A stretch of DNA of 60,555 nucleotides from an uncultured Planctomycetota bacterium. GTDB taxonomy: Bacteria; Planctomycetota; GCA-002687715; CAIWVZ01. This document shows positions 58,980 through 60,555 of this stretch, one piece after another (within the stretch, counting starts at the first letter, position 1; each line of letters begins with the position of its first letter). The position numbers were made by a program, and so were the translations under genes. Under the pieces are notes generated by a model. The model made no database searches and had not been told where the DNA came from. It was given only the letters and a program-made list of their open reading frames with translations. The stretch spans positions 1 to 60,555 of the forward strand of contig CAIWVZ010000322.1 of NCBI GenBank assembly GCA_903916245.1, in the 5' to 3' direction.

Positions 58980-59567
58980 TCAGCCCCCGGCCGCGAGGGC
59001 CGCGTCGACCGCCGAGAGGAGTTCGTCGCCCATGGGCTTCGCGCCCGACGCGTAGAACTTGATCGGCTGACCGTCGCGACCCACGAGGTACTTGCAGAAG
59101 TTCCATCCCGGCAGCGATCCCGTCTTCGTTCCGAGGAACTCGAAGATCGGTGATTGGGTCACGGACGGCTTCGTTTCCAGTTTGGCGAGCAGCGGGAACG
59201 TGACCCCGTAGTTCTTGGTGCAGAAGGCCGCGATCGTCGACGCGTCGCCCGGTTCCTGGCCGCCGAATTCGTTGCTCGGCGCACCGAGGAGGACGAGCCC
59301 CTTGTCCTTGCGGGACTTCCACAGGGATTCGAGGCCTTCGTATTGGCCCGTGAAGCCGCATTCGCTCGCGACGTTCACGACGAGGACGACCTTGCCCCGG
59401 AGGGTGCCCAGGTCGTAGGGCTTGCCGTCGAGGGCGGTCGCCGGAATGTCGAACAGGGACTTGTCTTTCCACTTCATGGTGAGCTCCGGGGTCTTCGGGG
59501 CTTGCTGGGCGCAGGACATGAAGATCGCGGCGATGCCCGCGAGTGCTGCTTTGAAGGCCTTGATCAT
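58980..59567 (-). CDS. Glutathione peroxidase (Cys-type) with signal/lipobox-like N-terminus
   Basis: ORF 58980..59663, taken from ATG 59567. Motifs: VVNVASECGFT (the catalytic Cys is a TGC codon, not TGA), LGAPSNEFGGQEPG, WNFCKYLV. The N-terminus is MIKAFKAALAGIAAIFMSCAQQ. Confidence 0.9.
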   Translation of the reverse strand: MIKAFKAALAGIAAIFMSCAQQAPKTPELTMKWKDKSLFDIPATALDGKPYDLGTLRGKVVLVVNVASECGFTGQYEGLESLWKSRKDKGLVLLGAPSNEFGGQEPGDASTIAAFCTKNYGVTFPLLAKLETKPSVTQSPIFEFLGTKTGSLPGWNFCKYLVGRDGQPIKFYASGAKPMGDELLSAVDAALAAGG

Positions 59568-59752
59568 GGGATGCTTCCGCTTCTCCGGCCGCGCCGGCCA
59601 GCCGTGGATCGTCTGCGCCCCGATCCATGTTCCATTATCGCACGTCTTGCTTCGGGCACCCACGAGGACGCGAGTTCTTGGAGAGGTGGGTTTCGGGCGG
59701 AATCGAGATTGTAAGGTTATGGTGGTGCGTCAGAAAGTAGATACCAAGCACT

Positions 59753-60555
59753 ATGTCCATTGATCCGACGGAAATCGAGGACGCGGTAAGACACACGCGC
59801 GAGTCGATCAAACTGTTCGAATCCATTCGTGCTGTGAATGTGCCGCGAGCTCTCATGACGCGAGTGGTGACCCCGTTGCTTGCGACTCTGGGATGGCGGG
59901 GCGGAGATTTTGGCGACCCGCATGAAAAGGTGGGCGCACCCGACTACGCCTGCGTCACCCTGATGGCGAAAAGCAAGCCTCGCATCGTCGTTGTAGCGGT
60001 GGAATCCGCCGGGCTCGAAAGTTGGGCGGATCTCATACGTCGAGCTTCCACGTCGTTGGCACGTAGCAATCTGACATTGGGCATCGTCACGGACGGATTG
60101 GTGTTCAACATCGTCAGAATCGACTTTCAGAAGTCGCAGAGAGAAGATCTCCATCTGATTCGGAAAATCCATTTGGGTGCCGGAACTGTTGAGGCCGTCG
60201 CAAAAGCACTTCATCCGCTCGCGAAAAAGACGTTGGTCCAAAGTTCCTTTTCGATCGAGGCCGACCCGGATGCCGTCAAGGTCCGACTGGAGGCTGCGCT
60301 TGCTGATCCGGAGAAAAGGCGGAGATTCAACCGGGCAATTCTGCCTATTTTCAGGGATGTGTTTCTCGGCGCGCGAGATGTCGAGGGTAAGGCGGTTGGG
60401 GAACTCTTGGAGCGCGTGAAGTGGTCGATCGCGGGTCAGGAGATTCGAGTTGCGGAGGGACCCGACACCGGAGTAGCCCGACGAACCGTAGCGGACGGAT
60501 TAGTTCCCAAGGCAGCGCCCATTCAGTTGGGATTGGAATTGAAGGAGATGGTGCG
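59753..60555 (+). CDS. Hypothetical protein, 5' partial at window edge; N-terminal HsdR_N-like (PD-(D/E)xK restriction-endonuclease-like) module with degenerate catalytic motif
   Basis: Not in the ORF track because it runs off the right edge. ATG 59753 is the first start after an in-frame TAG at 59738. There are 267 codons without a stop. VVTPLLATLGWRGG...GAPDYACV...PRIVVVAVESAG...LGIVTDGLVFNIV follows the layout of the type I R-subunit N-terminal domain, but has E-S-A where E-x-K is expected. GC and codon usage are atypical for the window (AGA, GTA, AAA, GAA, ATT). Confidence 0.5.
   Translation, partial: MSIDPTEIEDAVRHTRESIKLFESIRAVNVPRALMTRVVTPLLATLGWRGGDFGDPHEKVGAPDYACVTLMAKSKPRIVVVAVESAGLESWADLIRRASTSLARSNLTLGIVTDGLVFNIVRIDFQKSQREDLHLIRKIHLGAGTVEAVAKALHPLAKKTLVQSSFSIEADPDAVKVRLEAALADPEKRRRFNRAILPIFRDVFLGARDVEGKAVGELLERVKWSIAGQEIRVAEGPDTGVARRTVADGLVPKAAPIQLGLELKEMV

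Noticed and set aside
59380-59400. Possible selenocysteine (in-frame TGA) in glutathione peroxidase.
   Set aside because: The catalytic residue in VASECGFT is encoded by TGC (Cys). There is no in-frame TGA and no need for a SECIS element.
59717-60241. 174-aa minus-strand ORF overlapping the right-edge region.
   Set aside because: Its translation has no coherent secondary-structure pattern and is rich in R, S and H. The plus-strand frame has a recognisable PD-(D/E)xK-like layout and stays open to the window end.

Overview
This is a high-GC bacterial chromosomal segment, roughly two-thirds G+C by eye, and it is densely coding. I support about 57 CDS, one tRNA-Leu(GAG), and a few intrinsic terminators and palindromes. 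I saw no rRNA, CRISPR array, transposase or integrase.

Many long ORFs in the six-frame track are Arg/Pro/Gly-rich antisense or off-frame artefacts of GC-rich DNA. Many real genes are over-extended at their 5' ends in the track. Two edge-truncated genes are missing from it: glgP at the left edge and a low-GC ORF at the right edge. Eleven same-strand gene junctions are 4-nt ATGA/GTGA start/stop overlaps, which defines several translationally coupled operons.

Housekeeping content:
- glgP, nadK, queD, def, plsC, an AspAT-like aminotransferase, fumC, rmuC
- a Fur-family regulator gene followed by katG
- the gpx-dus-aat-rlmI string
- TerC, an MFS transporter, a hybrid histidine kinase, and a CDGSH protein

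Items worth a second look:
1. 21317-30856: a nine-gene co-directional lipid-tailoring block. It runs DUF1295, CFA-type methylase, delta-9 desaturase, FAD oxidoreductase, DUF1365, second CFA-type methylase, GT2, GT4, DUF2878. It resembles furan-fatty-acid machinery with additions.
2. 9657-13130: tandem paralogous secreted GEVED plus NIDO-like proteins. They share an unusual C-terminal tail and lie next to a hybrid kinase and twin palindromes.
3. 13284-15856: a YkgJ-type Cys-cluster protein coupled to an ArnT-like GT-C enzyme.
4. 4908-6238: an MsrP-like molybdoenzyme coupled to a PepSY-type membrane protein instead of MsrQ.
5. 33371-38834: an envelope-glycan operon (SPFH, TIM-barrel isomerase, WecA-like, Wzy_C-like, class V aminotransferase).
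6. 54929-56000 and 59568-60555: an HTH/PIN toxin-antitoxin insert, and a marked fall in GC and codon bias at the right edge. A partial ORF there carries a degenerate HsdR_N-type PD-(D/E)xK module, so a foreign island may start there.

All family assignments come from reading motifs in the translations. No database search was run. Lineage cannot be determined from this window.
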